IMG/VR virus record: IMGVR_UViG_3300032225_002203
Reading direction: 5' to 3' (one strand)
DNA from: an uncultured virus (IMG/VR IMGVR_UViG_3300032225_002203)
Taxonomy: Duplodnaviria > Heunggongvirae > Uroviricota > Caudoviricetes
Length of the DNA stretch: 64,000 nucleotides
Shown: piece after piece, positions 20,667 through 29,603 of the stretch
Layout: the number at the start of each line of letters is the position of its first letter
Numbering within the stretch: position 1 is the first letter of the stretch
The notes under the pieces: model-generated
Told to the model about the DNA's origin: nothing
Seen by the model: the letters and a program-made list of their open reading frames with translations, nothing else
Databases searched by the model: none
Program-made: the position numbers and the translations under genes

Positions 20667-21158
20667 TTATGTAGTTCCTGGATCTTCCAGTCTTTGAATA
20701 TAAGCATCGACTAATCGAGATATCATTTCAGGTTTAGTATCTGATTTGAATTTAACTTTAATCTTAGCCATACCAGAACCATCTTCATTTCTACCAGAAT
20801 CAACCTCAATGGATCTAATATTATGTGATGAATCTTGGCTAACTTTACCATCCTTCTTATTCTTAAAGATACCTAATAAACTTCTTTTTAAGTCAGAGGC
20901 TTGAGGTTCGCCAATAACTAATCTTGCTTCAAATTCAACATCTAATTCATCTAAACCAATAGATGAGTGGTCAGCTAAAATATAAAGAGGTACTTCCATC
21001 TCTTTATCACCAACTTTGAATTTTTGAACCTTAGGTGTGCCGTCAGCATTAAAATAATTGATAAGATTACTTATGTGTTGTTTTTCGGTAATACTTTGCG
21101 CAACCATACCTGCTTCAAGTAAGCCACTTACTAACTCTTCAATGTTTAATCTTGCCAT
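20667..21158 (-). CDS. DUF2589-like protein (second of a pair)
   Basis: EELVSGLLEAG...VPLYILADHSSIGLDELDVEFE...PEMISRL parallels the adjacent gene. Confidence 0.7.
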   Translation of the reverse strand: MARLNIEELVSGLLEAGMVAQSITEKQHISNLINYFNADGTPKVQKFKVGDKEMEVPLYILADHSSIGLDELDVEFEARLVIGEPQASDLKRSLLGIFKNKKDGKVSQDSSHNIRSIEVDSGRNEDGSGMAKIKVKFKSDTKPEMISRLVDAYIQRLEDPGTT

Positions 21159-21212
21159 TATTTAAATTGCGTTTAGTCTTATAATAAAAAAAATACTTAA
21201 AGTTTAATAATA

Positions 21213-21243
21213 AAAAAAGAGACTAATTTCTTAGTCTCTTTCT
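21213..21243 (-). terminator. Intrinsic terminator between the two DUF2589 genes
   Basis: AAAGAGACTAA-TTTC-TTAGTCTCTTT, U-tail on minus strand. Confidence 0.7.
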
Positions 21244-21262
21244 TAAAATTTTATTTTACCAA

Positions 21263-21865
21263 TTACTTATTTTGTGGATCAGTAGTAAGTGGAATTAAAG
21301 ATGGTTCTAACATTTGTGTTAAATAATCTGATAATTTCATCATGCCTTCAGTTGGTGGTAATTGCTCAGCATGAACTTTTACGTTATACTTAGCTGAGTT
21401 ATCAGTGCTACGAGTATTTTCTTTATGAGTAGCAACTTTACCAGCCATAGAAACTGAATATTTCATACCCCAGAATCCACCAGAAGCAGAAGCTTGGAAA
21501 GAAGTTTCTGTATCAACACTTGATTTGTCAACTTCTGAAGTTTTAATTTCCATTGTAAACTCAATATCAGCAGATGTGATAGCAAGTGATGGAATTGGAA
21601 CTAATGGTAACATAGGAACTTTTGAGTAAAGCTTTTGTAAAGTTTGCTCGCCAGTTGCTCCGTCTGTTACAACTCTATTCATTTCAACATCTAAAGATCT
21701 AGCAGTAGTGTTACCGTCTTTATCTTTAGTAAACGCTACTTCAGAGATATATCTCCAAGTTACGTCATTTAATTGTGCTTGACCTTTAGCCATACCAACC
21801 AAAGGAGACACGATTAAGTCTTCAATTGGTAAGCCAGAGAATTGTGATGCGATGTTATTAGCCAT
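21263..21865 (-). CDS. DUF2589 family protein
   Basis: FSGLPIEDLIVSPL..AKGQAQL; VPMLPLVPIPSLAI; RSTDNSAKYNVKVHAEQLPPTEGM. Confidence 0.8.
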   Translation of the reverse strand: MANNIASQFSGLPIEDLIVSPLVGMAKGQAQLNDVTWRYISEVAFTKDKDGNTTARSLDVEMNRVVTDGATGEQTLQKLYSKVPMLPLVPIPSLAITSADIEFTMEIKTSEVDKSSVDTETSFQASASGGFWGMKYSVSMAGKVATHKENTRSTDNSAKYNVKVHAEQLPPTEGMMKLSDYLTQMLEPSLIPLTTDPQNK

Positions 21866-21985
21866 ATTTAAATAGTTATTTTTTATTATATATCGGTCTT
21901 AAAAAATGAAAAAATCCACTTAATTTATTGAAAATAAGTGGATTTCTTTACCCAGTAAGGTTTTTGATATAATGTTATGAATAAA

Positions 21986-22621
21986 TTAATATTTATAATT
22001 TTTTGTGGCTTTACGACATTTTAATTGACTTTTAGTATTATTATTTTCTGAGGTACCAAGTTCAAGACGAGCATTCTTACGTTTCATTACCAATCCCTCA
22101 ATCATATCAATTGGTGTTAATTTATCAAATATTTTTTTGAAATCTATTAAATAAGATTTTACTCGATAAACATTTTCTGTTACTTTGAAAAGATATTCTT
22201 TTTCAGATTCTACTTGACTATAGATAGAATCAAGTAATCTAATTCTTTCTTCGAATGTTTTACCCACAAGATATTCGCTATTATATCCAAGAATATCAAA
22301 AATTACAAACTTGTGGTTGAATACTTGATTATTTTCATCTGACTTGGATTTATTCATATACTCACCATTCAAAATCATCCAACCCTCACCACGATAAATA
22401 TCTTTAATTTCATTATCAGATAAGTTAAAGTTGGTAAGTCTCTGATTATGTCGGTTCATTACAATTGTCTTAATACCATTTGTAAAGATAACACAGTTTG
22501 AACCATTAAGTTTTGGCTGAGCAATCAAAGACCCGTTATCCCAAAATTCTAATTCCGTATCAGGAATAGCGTTTTTGGGTCTTGGGGGAAAAATATATCG
22601 ATAATTGAGGTACTTTGCCAT
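21986..22621 (-). CDS. ATP-dependent ligase-like nucleotidyltransferase (adenylation domain only)
   Basis: Motif I QPKLNG, III LNGE, IIIa FVIFDI, IV EGLVMK, V LKCR; no room for an OB domain. Confidence 0.8.
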   Translation of the reverse strand: MAKYLNYRYIFPPRPKNAIPDTELEFWDNGSLIAQPKLNGSNCVIFTNGIKTIVMNRHNQRLTNFNLSDNEIKDIYRGEGWMILNGEYMNKSKSDENNQVFNHKFVIFDILGYNSEYLVGKTFEERIRLLDSIYSQVESEKEYLFKVTENVYRVKSYLIDFKKIFDKLTPIDMIEGLVMKRKNARLELGTSENNNTKSQLKCRKATKNYKY

Positions 22622-22625
22622 AAAA

Positions 22626-22657
22626 CAAAGATAAGAAAAACTATTTAACTTGCCAAG
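22626..22657 (-). promoter_or_regulatory. Bacteroidota sigmaA-type promoter
   Basis: CTTG-N20-TATCTTTG, 4 nt before ATG. Confidence 0.65.
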
Positions 22658-23276
22658 GAGCCTGACTAAAAATTTGTGTTAAATCCTCATTGTGTTTTCT
22701 ACCAGTTGCTCTACCAACTTTAGGATTAGCAAATATTCCTAATTTATAATCCATAATTTCTAAAGGATTATGAATTTTAATTTTTTTAATATTAGAATGA
22801 AATGTTGTACTAATATCAATATTGAACTCAAGAAAAGGAACATTTTTATCTTCAAAGAAATCAACATTATATTCTACTTCTTTTGAAAAAATTCCTTTTT
22901 TATATTTAAATGGTTTATAACCTAAACGATTAGGTGTTGTAAACTCATCATCACCCAAGTGGTGTAAATGCAGATGGTTTGGTTTCTCATGATAACCATC
23001 AATAATATACTTATTATATCGATTTTTATCTTTGATAAGAATATCAATATCATTACTTTTTCTACTAATTAAGCCAAATAGTTTAAGTGCTAATGAACCA
23101 GTAATGATATCATTTGGAAAAGTATCAGTTATAAAACTTAATAACTCTTTATTTTCATCAATTGCGGAATCTAAAATTTTAAACTCAATTTCGTTATTAA
23201 TTGATTTTAATTTAAAATTTCTAAACTCCATCCTTAAATCATCTAAAGATAGAGTACTGGATACAAATTTTGCCAT
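22641..23276 (-). CDS. Nucleotidyltransferase-fold protein
   Basis: ITGSLAL...NDIDI (GS plus DxD) motif. Confidence 0.7.
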   Translation of the reverse strand: MAKFVSSTLSLDDLRMEFRNFKLKSINNEIEFKILDSAIDENKELLSFITDTFPNDIITGSLALKLFGLISRKSNDIDILIKDKNRYNKYIIDGYHEKPNHLHLHHLGDDEFTTPNRLGYKPFKYKKGIFSKEVEYNVDFFEDKNVPFLEFNIDISTTFHSNIKKIKIHNPLEIMDYKLGIFANPKVGRATGRKHNEDLTQIFSQAPWQVK

Positions 23277-23296
23277 TATATTTTTTTAATTTTTAG

Positions 23297-23368
23297 AGGT
23301 CGGGGATGGATTCTAACCACCGTAAAAGGCTTTGCAGGCCTCCACCTAAAACACTCGGTCACCCGACC
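23297..23368 (-). tRNA. tRNA-Cys(GCA), CCA not encoded
   Basis: Acceptor GGTCGGG/CCCGACC, discriminator U, anticodon arm GAGGC-CTGCAAA-GCCTT, T arm GGTGG-TTAGAAT-CCATC. Confidence 0.9.
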
Positions 23369-23374
23369 TTATTA

Positions 23375-23515
23375 TTATGAATTTAACTCAGCGTTGAGTT
23401 CATCCATTAAAAGTTGATATTTATAATCTTCAACCATCTGAAAAAAATCACCTACACCATTAACATCTAAATTCTGATTGTCAAGAACGTCTGAAACTAC
23501 TATTGTGATATCCAT
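23375..23515 (-). CDS. Small acidic hypothetical protein (46 aa; not in ORF track)
   Basis: MDITIVVSDVLDNQNLDVNGVGDFFQMVEDYKYQLLMDELNAELNS, downstream of promoter 23536-23566. Confidence 0.55.
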   Translation of the reverse strand: MDITIVVSDVLDNQNLDVNGVGDFFQMVEDYKYQLLMDELNAELNS

Positions 23516-23535
23516 ATCTTTTTTATTTTGTTATA

Positions 23536-23566
23536 CAAAGATAAGGATTATTTTTTAATATTCAAA
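23536..23566 (-). promoter_or_regulatory. Bacteroidota sigmaA-type promoter
   Basis: TTTG-N19-TATCTTTG, full consensus match. Confidence 0.75.
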
Positions 23567-23922
23567 ATATCTCCTAAAGTTGGACGGTAATGTTCAATTG
23601 ATTCTATGCCTAAAATATGGTTGATTCTTTTTTGTCTAAGCATTTCTTTAGAATAGATAGAAGTCATATCAATCAATTTACCTGGAGAATAAGTATGTTG
23701 AGTTACTCTTATACCTCTTTTACTTATATGCGTTACTGTTTTAGGTTGAAGTTCATCAGGTAAATATTCATAATTAGGCACACAGGCATAACAATCACAG
23801 TAGTGATCATGGTAATCCCAATCTTCATCATCATACCAATACCAATAGTAGTTATGATCATCAAGTTCTGCCTTAGTGATTATCTTATCAAGTATTTCTA
23901 TTTTATTCTTCCTTAGAGCCAT
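23548..23922 (-). CDS. Hypothetical protein with aromatic/Cys-His patch
   Basis: HDHYCDCYAC; RQKRINHIL tag. Confidence 0.65.
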   Translation of the reverse strand: MALRKNKIEILDKIITKAELDDHNYYWYWYDDEDWDYHDHYCDCYACVPNYEYLPDELQPKTVTHISKRGIRVTQHTYSPGKLIDMTSIYSKEMLRQKRINHILGIESIEHYRPTLGDILNIKK

Positions 23923-24337
23923 TTACAAGTTCATTTATTCGCCAATCTCTAATGTTAATTTTAAAATCATCAAAAGAGTTTGATTTAGACATAATGTCTA
24001 TTCTTGTATTTATTTCTTTTATTAAACCACTTATTTCCATATCTCTTTGTCTACACTGACCATCATAAACACATTCAACTTTATTTTCATCAGATGATAG
24101 AACCCAAACCGTAATGTTTTTATAGACATCAAACATTTTTTTTGTTCTATATAAATACTCTTCCGCGGCTTGGCTTGTTAAATTTTTAGTATTAACATAA
24201 ACAGTAAAAATAGGATGGTCTAAATTTATTTCAATTTTTTCTTCTGACTGATAAGACATAGTAATAGGAATATTACTGTTAAGAGCAGATGATAAAGGAC
24301 TACTACTATTTGGATTATTAAAAAACGGTAAAGGCAT
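23903..24337 (-). CDS. Hypothetical protein
   Basis: ORF in operon; RDWRINELV tag. Confidence 0.65.
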   Translation of the reverse strand: MPLPFFNNPNSSSPLSSALNSNIPITMSYQSEEKIEINLDHPIFTVYVNTKNLTSQAAEEYLYRTKKMFDVYKNITVWVLSSDENKVECVYDGQCRQRDMEISGLIKEINTRIDIMSKSNSFDDFKINIRDWRINELVNGSKEE

Positions 24338-24381
24338 AAATAAGTTTTATTTTTTATTTATACCAAAAAGATAAGATTTGT

Positions 24382-24864
24382 TTATATCTTATCTAGCATA
24401 GGAACACTTCTGTGAAATAATCTTAACTTGGCTTCTTCTTTAGAAACAAAACCAGCCCAATCTATTTCACCAAAGGGAAGTTTATCACTTGGAATAACTT
24501 CTGAATCTAATCCGATTTCAGAAATATCACTAATATATAAAGTGAATAAATATATTCTTTTATAAACAACACCTTTCTTTTTGTAGTTCATGTAATCAAG
24601 AACTAATGGTTCTTTTGAAATTTTACTTTCATCAATTTTAACAGAGGTTTCTTCAAAAAGTTCTCTTAAAGCCGCTTGTTTAATAGTTTCACCTTCATCA
24701 ATACCACCTTTTGGAAAAGAATAAGAACCAAACCATTCATCATTATTTGATGGATGGCAAATTAATATCTTTTCATTATTTAAAATAATGATAACACCAG
24801 CTGACTTTTTCATCTTACTTTCAAAAGGTTCAAATTCAAAAAAATTATTAATCTTATTTATCAT
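24382..24864 (-). CDS. Nudix hydrolase
   Basis: FPKGGIDEGETIKQAALRELFEETS. Confidence 0.9.
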   Translation of the reverse strand: MINKINNFFEFEPFESKMKKSAGVIIILNNEKILICHPSNNDEWFGSYSFPKGGIDEGETIKQAALRELFEETSVKIDESKISKEPLVLDYMNYKKKGVVYKRIYLFTLYISDISEIGLDSEVIPSDKLPFGEIDWAGFVSKEEAKLRLFHRSVPMLDKI

Positions 24865-25325
24865 TAGTCTATATGTCTGACATCTTTGTGTGATGCCTTA
24901 GGTTTTTGGTTGTGTGACCACAATCTTGCGAATGGTGTTTGAAAGAAATCGTTATAGATTAGAGTATCATCAATATGTAATGATATGTTATGTTTCTTAC
25001 AATAATCAGCTTTAACATGATCCCAAAGACCATCTTCAAACTTTTTTTGAATTGTACCATCTGGAAACTGAATCTCACCGGTTATACCAGCACCAGTCTC
25101 AATTAAGTGATCATATACTGAAAACTTGTGTGTCCATTTAACACCAAATTCATTTAGTTGTTTTTCAAAATCTTCATTCCAATGACCACCTGTTATTAAG
25201 TGAACTTCTCCACCATTTTTAACAAATGAATCTGTTAAGAATGAAAAAAATTCAGGCATAGCATCTACAACTCCGTGTATATCTAAACCCAACTTAAAAT
25301 TATTACTTGTCTCCTCACTAACCAT
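24864..25325 (-). CDS. HAD-superfamily-like protein
   Basis: LGLDIHGVVD, LITG, K, HIDD motifs. Confidence 0.7.
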   Translation of the reverse strand: MVSEETSNNFKLGLDIHGVVDAMPEFFSFLTDSFVKNGGEVHLITGGHWNEDFEKQLNEFGVKWTHKFSVYDHLIETGAGITGEIQFPDGTIQKKFEDGLWDHVKADYCKKHNISLHIDDTLIYNDFFQTPFARLWSHNQKPKASHKDVRHID

Positions 25326-25368
25326 TTCACTAAACTTAATTATTAATTATATATTACAAATATAAAAA

Positions 25369-25740
25369 TTATTTTAATATATCACTAATTTTTTTGTCTC
25401 TCATATATTTAATAATAATATTAGGTGGATTCTTAAAAGAACCTTTAATAAAACTCATAAAGATTTGCATTTGAAAATCATCTGGATTACTAAATGTTTT
25501 TAAACTAAAATTACCAAAGTTCTTACCAGAAGTCATGTGAGTACTCATTTGAGACAAACTAAGATGAGCTAAGCCATGCTCATTATCTAAATGTATATTC
25601 AATTGGTCAGCAAAAGCCATAGCATTTTGATTAGGATTACCAATTACATCAGTAGCCATACTAAATACGTCTGGCTTAGATGTCCAAGTTTGAATAAATC
25701 CTAACTCGTTAATAAACAATATAAATTCTTCTTTTGTCAT
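25369..25740 (-). CDS. Hypothetical protein
   Basis: ORF in operon; ends RDKKISDILK. Confidence 0.65.
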   Translation of the reverse strand: MTKEEFILFINELGFIQTWTSKPDVFSMATDVIGNPNQNAMAFADQLNIHLDNEHGLAHLSLSQMSTHMTSGKNFGNFSLKTFSNPDDFQMQIFMSFIKGSFKNPPNIIIKYMRDKKISDILK

Positions 25741-26141
25741 TAGTAAACCAAATCTCTCCAGTATGGATCTTCTACAGGTACAACTAAACAGTTGTGATTT
25801 CTTTCTTTACAAACTTGATTAATCAATTGAACTTCATAATCATCATTTTCAAAATGTCTATCAACACCTAAATTAATAATATAAGAAAATTTCATTTCAC
25901 GATTAGTAAAATAAATCTTCTCAATGCCTAACTTTTTAGCCAATTCTTGAACTTCTAAATGTTCATTCTTAATACCTTTATCGGCATTTTCTGGGCCAAA
26001 TCTTTTAGTAATAATCATTACTTCATGTCCTTGACTAAGATATTTCTTAGCAAGTCCTTGAACTTCATCTTTTTGAGAATTTGATGGATGTCCACCAAAC
26101 TCGTCTACTAAAGTTCCATCAAAGTCAAAACTTATTCTCAT
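25740..26141 (-). CDS. HAD-superfamily phosphatase-like protein
   Basis: ISFDFDGTL, IITKR, K, HFENDDYE. Confidence 0.8.
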   Translation of the reverse strand: MRISFDFDGTLVDEFGGHPSNSQKDEVQGLAKKYLSQGHEVMIITKRFGPENADKGIKNEHLEVQELAKKLGIEKIYFTNREMKFSYIINLGVDRHFENDDYEVQLINQVCKERNHNCLVVPVEDPYWRDLVY

Positions 26142-26605
26142 ATACTTATTTCTAAAATCTTAAAACTAAATGTACCGGCCGGTGTTTTTACTTCACATAC
26201 CTCATTTAGTGTTTTTCCAAGTAAACCAGCACCGATTGGACTACTTGTTGATATTTTACTTACTTTGATATCAATTTCATTCTCTGGAACAATTTTAAAT
26301 ATCATTTCTTTATTATTAGTTGTGTTCAAAACTTTAACTGTTGTAAAAATAGCAACTTTGTCAGTTTTAATATCAGCCACATCAACAATAGTAGAATTTG
26401 CTAAAAAGGACTGAAGTTTTCCAATTTTCTTTTGAACCTTTTCAAACTCTTCTTTAGCAATTAAATATTGTGTATTTTCTTCTAATGTACCACTCTCACG
26501 AGCTTCTGATAACTCATTTATCACTCGATTTTTTTCAACTGTCAATAAGAAATTCAATTCCTCTTGAAGCTTTATTTTTCCTTCTTTTGTTAGGATAGTT
26601 TTCAT
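26138..26605 (-). CDS. greA: Transcription elongation factor GreA-like
   Basis: LTKEG..KLQEEL, ARESGTLEENTQY, ISTSSPIGAGLLGK, VKTPAG. Confidence 0.9.
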   Translation of the reverse strand: MKTILTKEGKIKLQEELNFLLTVEKNRVINELSEARESGTLEENTQYLIAKEEFEKVQKKIGKLQSFLANSTIVDVADIKTDKVAIFTTVKVLNTTNNKEMIFKIVPENEIDIKVSKISTSSPIGAGLLGKTLNEVCEVKTPAGTFSFKILEISI

Positions 26606-26614
26606 TTTAGGTTT

Positions 26615-27238
26615 TTATTTTTTATTAAATGTTTTTTCATAAACGTCTTTAATGGCTTGTTTGCCATTAGGTTGAATTTCCCTTGTTCCAATACCAGCAA
26701 AGTTATGAACATCAATAGTAGGAACTTCTTTCATTTCAACAAATTGAAGTGTTGAATAAGACCATCTAAACCACTTATCTCGGATTTGGTCAAAAACAAA
26801 AACTTCTCTTTTATTATTAATACCCATCATGACAGCATAGCCAGTACCACCATCAACGATATCATATTTGCCTTTATTGTAGTAGTTTTTTGTATTTTTA
26901 TCACCAGGTTTTATAATTGTACCAATGGCAAAAATCTGTTCAGAGTATTTAACTTGAGCCCAATTACGAGCTAAAAGATTCATATACTTATGAATACCAT
27001 AACGATTCAAATACTTATTGGCTTTATTAACTTCTATAATACCATCTTTATAATCTTCATCTGATATCTCAACTTTATTAACTGATGTATGTTTAGGAGT
27101 TTTATAAGAATAAGCTCTGGTGATTACACCAAATGGAATACCATCGATTTCCCAATCAGTATCAGCGCCAGCCGCACCACCAGAATGGCAAACTACTTTT
27201 GTTAAGTCAATAGGTTTTTTATCAAATATATCTATCAT
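26615..27238 (-). CDS. SLOG/DprA-like Rossmann-fold phage protein
   Basis: HSGGAAGAD, LLARN, GGTGYAV, FAGIGTR. Confidence 0.6.
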   Translation of the reverse strand: MIDIFDKKPIDLTKVVCHSGGAAGADTDWEIDGIPFGVITRAYSYKTPKHTSVNKVEISDEDYKDGIIEVNKANKYLNRYGIHKYMNLLARNWAQVKYSEQIFAIGTIIKPGDKNTKNYYNKGKYDIVDGGTGYAVMMGINNKREVFVFDQIRDKWFRWSYSTLQFVEMKEVPTIDVHNFAGIGTREIQPNGKQAIKDVYEKTFNKK

Positions 27239-27504
27239 TATTCTAGTATTTTTTTTAATATAATCTCTCTATTCAAAGAGGTGTCTTCTTCAAAAAATAA
27301 GTTAATAGTTGTTCTACCATCAAATGTAGTGAAGATATTAAGTTTGTATTTAATATCCATATAAAAATTATCTAAATGATTTACTATTAATAATCTAGCA
27401 CCATCTATTGATGTTATTTTTTCCCCTATTTTGATTAAAAAAGACTCCATTAATTTTTTATCTTTTCCGTAGTAAATGTTAACAGGTATCAGAGTTTCAG
27501 ACAT
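27238..27504 (-). CDS. Hypothetical protein
   Basis: ORF in operon; ends REIILKKILE. Confidence 0.6.
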   Translation of the reverse strand: MSETLIPVNIYYGKDKKLMESFLIKIGEKITSIDGARLLIVNHLDNFYMDIKYKLNIFTTFDGRTTINLFFEEDTSLNREIILKKILE

Positions 27505-27508
27505 AGAC

Positions 27509-28378
27509 TTATAAACTTACTTTTAATCCTTCAATATTCCAGATAGCAATATTACCATCCATTTTAAAATATAAGTCTCTTATATCAATGGGCTCACTCA
27601 ACACATACTTCTTTAGATATAAGAAAAACGGATTACCATTACATCCTACCATTTCTTTATGTAACTCTTTACCAATCTCAGATAAATATGTATTGATTCG
27701 GAAATCTTCTATTCTTTTTACTGTGAAAAGTTTAGTTTTAAATAAGTTTCTATCAACAGAAGTTAGTATTTCTTCAATTTGGTCAAAGGTTTCAAAAGCA
27801 TAAATAACTTCATCATTTTTAACACAAGCAATGTCTAAACCAAGATGTTTGTATCTATTTAACAATCTTTCAATAATAACTCTTTGAGCCTTACCTTGTC
27901 TTTTTGGATTTATATTACCAAAGATAAATTGTCTCAGTTGTTTTGAGTGATTGAATATTTCTGGTACATCAAACTTAGCAATAAAGTCGTCATAAGAATC
28001 ACCAAGTTCAGGAGCAAATTCAGGATCATAATTTTTAAGAACTACCCAATTGGCTTTCTTAATATCAATAGAAATATATTTCTTATCTTCTGAATACTCA
28101 AAGTTCTTAGTCGTTGGTAAATCAGGTAATAAATTATCATCTTGAAGTTCATTGTAAGCTCTTGTACTCTTCAAGTAATCAATAATTTCAGTTGCTTTCT
28201 TAAACCTAAATTCATAAAGTTCGCCGTACTTTTCTTCGGCTTCTTCATAAAGTTTAATTAAGTCTTTAATATTTTTCCATCTTTCTAATTTTGAAAGTTG
28301 ATCAATATAATAATCAAAATGTGCATAATCGGGCACATTAATATCCATCAATTTACAAAATCCTTTTACGTCTTTCAT
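27509..28378 (-). CDS. Hypothetical protein, possible polymerase-palm-like fold
   Basis: YISIDIKKAN and VKNDEVI resemble palm motifs A and C; weak. Confidence 0.45.
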   Translation of the reverse strand: MKDVKGFCKLMDINVPDYAHFDYYIDQLSKLERWKNIKDLIKLYEEAEEKYGELYEFRFKKATEIIDYLKSTRAYNELQDDNLLPDLPTTKNFEYSEDKKYISIDIKKANWVVLKNYDPEFAPELGDSYDDFIAKFDVPEIFNHSKQLRQFIFGNINPKRQGKAQRVIIERLLNRYKHLGLDIACVKNDEVIYAFETFDQIEEILTSVDRNLFKTKLFTVKRIEDFRINTYLSEIGKELHKEMVGCNGNPFFLYLKKYVLSEPIDIRDLYFKMDGNIAIWNIEGLKVSL

Positions 28379-28379
28379 A

Positions 28380-28718
28380 TTAATTTAGTACTTGTTTTAT
28401 TTTTTCGTCTCTGCGATAAGCTTTATAATCTTCTTCTTCGGTAATAAAATATTCTGACATTTCTTTTTCAGTAAAGTAATACCATTTAATCTTTTCATTG
28501 TGTGGTAGATTCCACCAATCTTTTCTACCAGAATGATATCCATACTGGTCATCTTCAACACAAAAGCCATAACCTGTTTTACCATTAACTTCTGGGTCAG
28601 CATTATATTCTAATGGACCACATCCTTTAATAGCATAATGAGAACCGTTTTTAAGTGTTTTGTATTCTTTAACACAAACCAGTCTATCACCCATTTCAAA
28701 TCTAACAAATTTATCCAT
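28380..28718 (-). CDS. Hypothetical protein
   Basis: ORF in operon; ends RRDEKIKQVLN. Confidence 0.65.
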   Translation of the reverse strand: MDKFVRFEMGDRLVCVKEYKTLKNGSHYAIKGCGPLEYNADPEVNGKTGYGFCVEDDQYGYHSGRKDWWNLPHNEKIKWYYFTEKEMSEYFITEEEDYKAYRRDEKIKQVLN

Positions 28719-28932
28719 TGAATATTCGTTTAATTTTTTCCTTTCTCATTTTTATAATGCGAACCTTACCTCTCAACTTAAAAACTTCAGAGTAAACATC
28801 TGTTACTAGTCTTGAGTTTTGACCATAATTAGAGTTAACAATCATCTTGTAATAAGCTAATTTAGTTTCTAATTCTTTCATCTTTTCTAATTCTTTCATC
28901 TTAATCTTCTCCATGATGGTCAATTTTTTCAA
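28711..28932 (-). CDS. Hypothetical basic protein (start uncertain)
   Basis: Ends RKEKIKRIFNG. Confidence 0.55.
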   Translation of the reverse strand: MKKLTIMEKIKMKELEKMKELETKLAYYKMIVNSNYGQNSRLVTDVYSEVFKLRGKVRIIKMRKEKIKRIFNG

Positions 28933-29506
28933 TAGTTCTCTTTGACATTATGTTAGTAATATCACCAATATTAAATGGACGATACTCACCAAATTTCTTA
29001 AAAGCAACATCAACTCCAACATCCATTGATTTTCCATAGTCAGGAATTGAACCGTGTGAGTGACCATAAAGATGTATAACACCTTTATGACTACCTAACC
29101 AAACACGATGAGAATAGTGAGAGAGAAACAACTCAGTTTTACCCAACTTCAAATGTAAAACATCTTGAACAGATGAGAAAATTTGAATCGGATTAAATGA
29201 TGTGTCGTGATATTTTATTTCTTTATCTACTATATGTTGATCATGATTTCCTAAAATCAAATGTACATTTTTACAAACAATGTAGTTTCTAAATTGAAGT
29301 ATATTATGAACTCCGCCAAAACTCCAATCACCTAAGTGATAAAGAATATCATCTTCTTTTACATATTTGTTAATACCATCAACAAGTGCCATATTCATTT
29401 CATGTACAGAGTTAAAATCTCTATATCCTGACGACCAGTTAGATATTTTTGGACCTGCTATATTTGTATGTCCAAAGTGTGTGTCTGATGTAAACCATAT
29501 ATTCAT
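28901..29506 (-). CDS. Calcineurin-like metallophosphoesterase
   Basis: SDTHFGH, HLGD, LGNHD, SHY, GHSH, DVGVD. Confidence 0.9.
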   Translation of the reverse strand: MNIWFTSDTHFGHTNIAGPKISNWSSGYRDFNSVHEMNMALVDGINKYVKEDDILYHLGDWSFGGVHNILQFRNYIVCKNVHLILGNHDQHIVDKEIKYHDTSFNPIQIFSSVQDVLHLKLGKTELFLSHYSHRVWLGSHKGVIHLYGHSHGSIPDYGKSMDVGVDVAFKKFGEYRPFNIGDITNIMSKRTIEKIDHHGED

Positions 29507-29603
29507 GATACAAATATATGAAATATTTTTTTAAAAATCATTATTTATTTCAAATAAACTTACATGTTACTAATATATAAAACATAAAAATAAATTATCC
29601 TAA

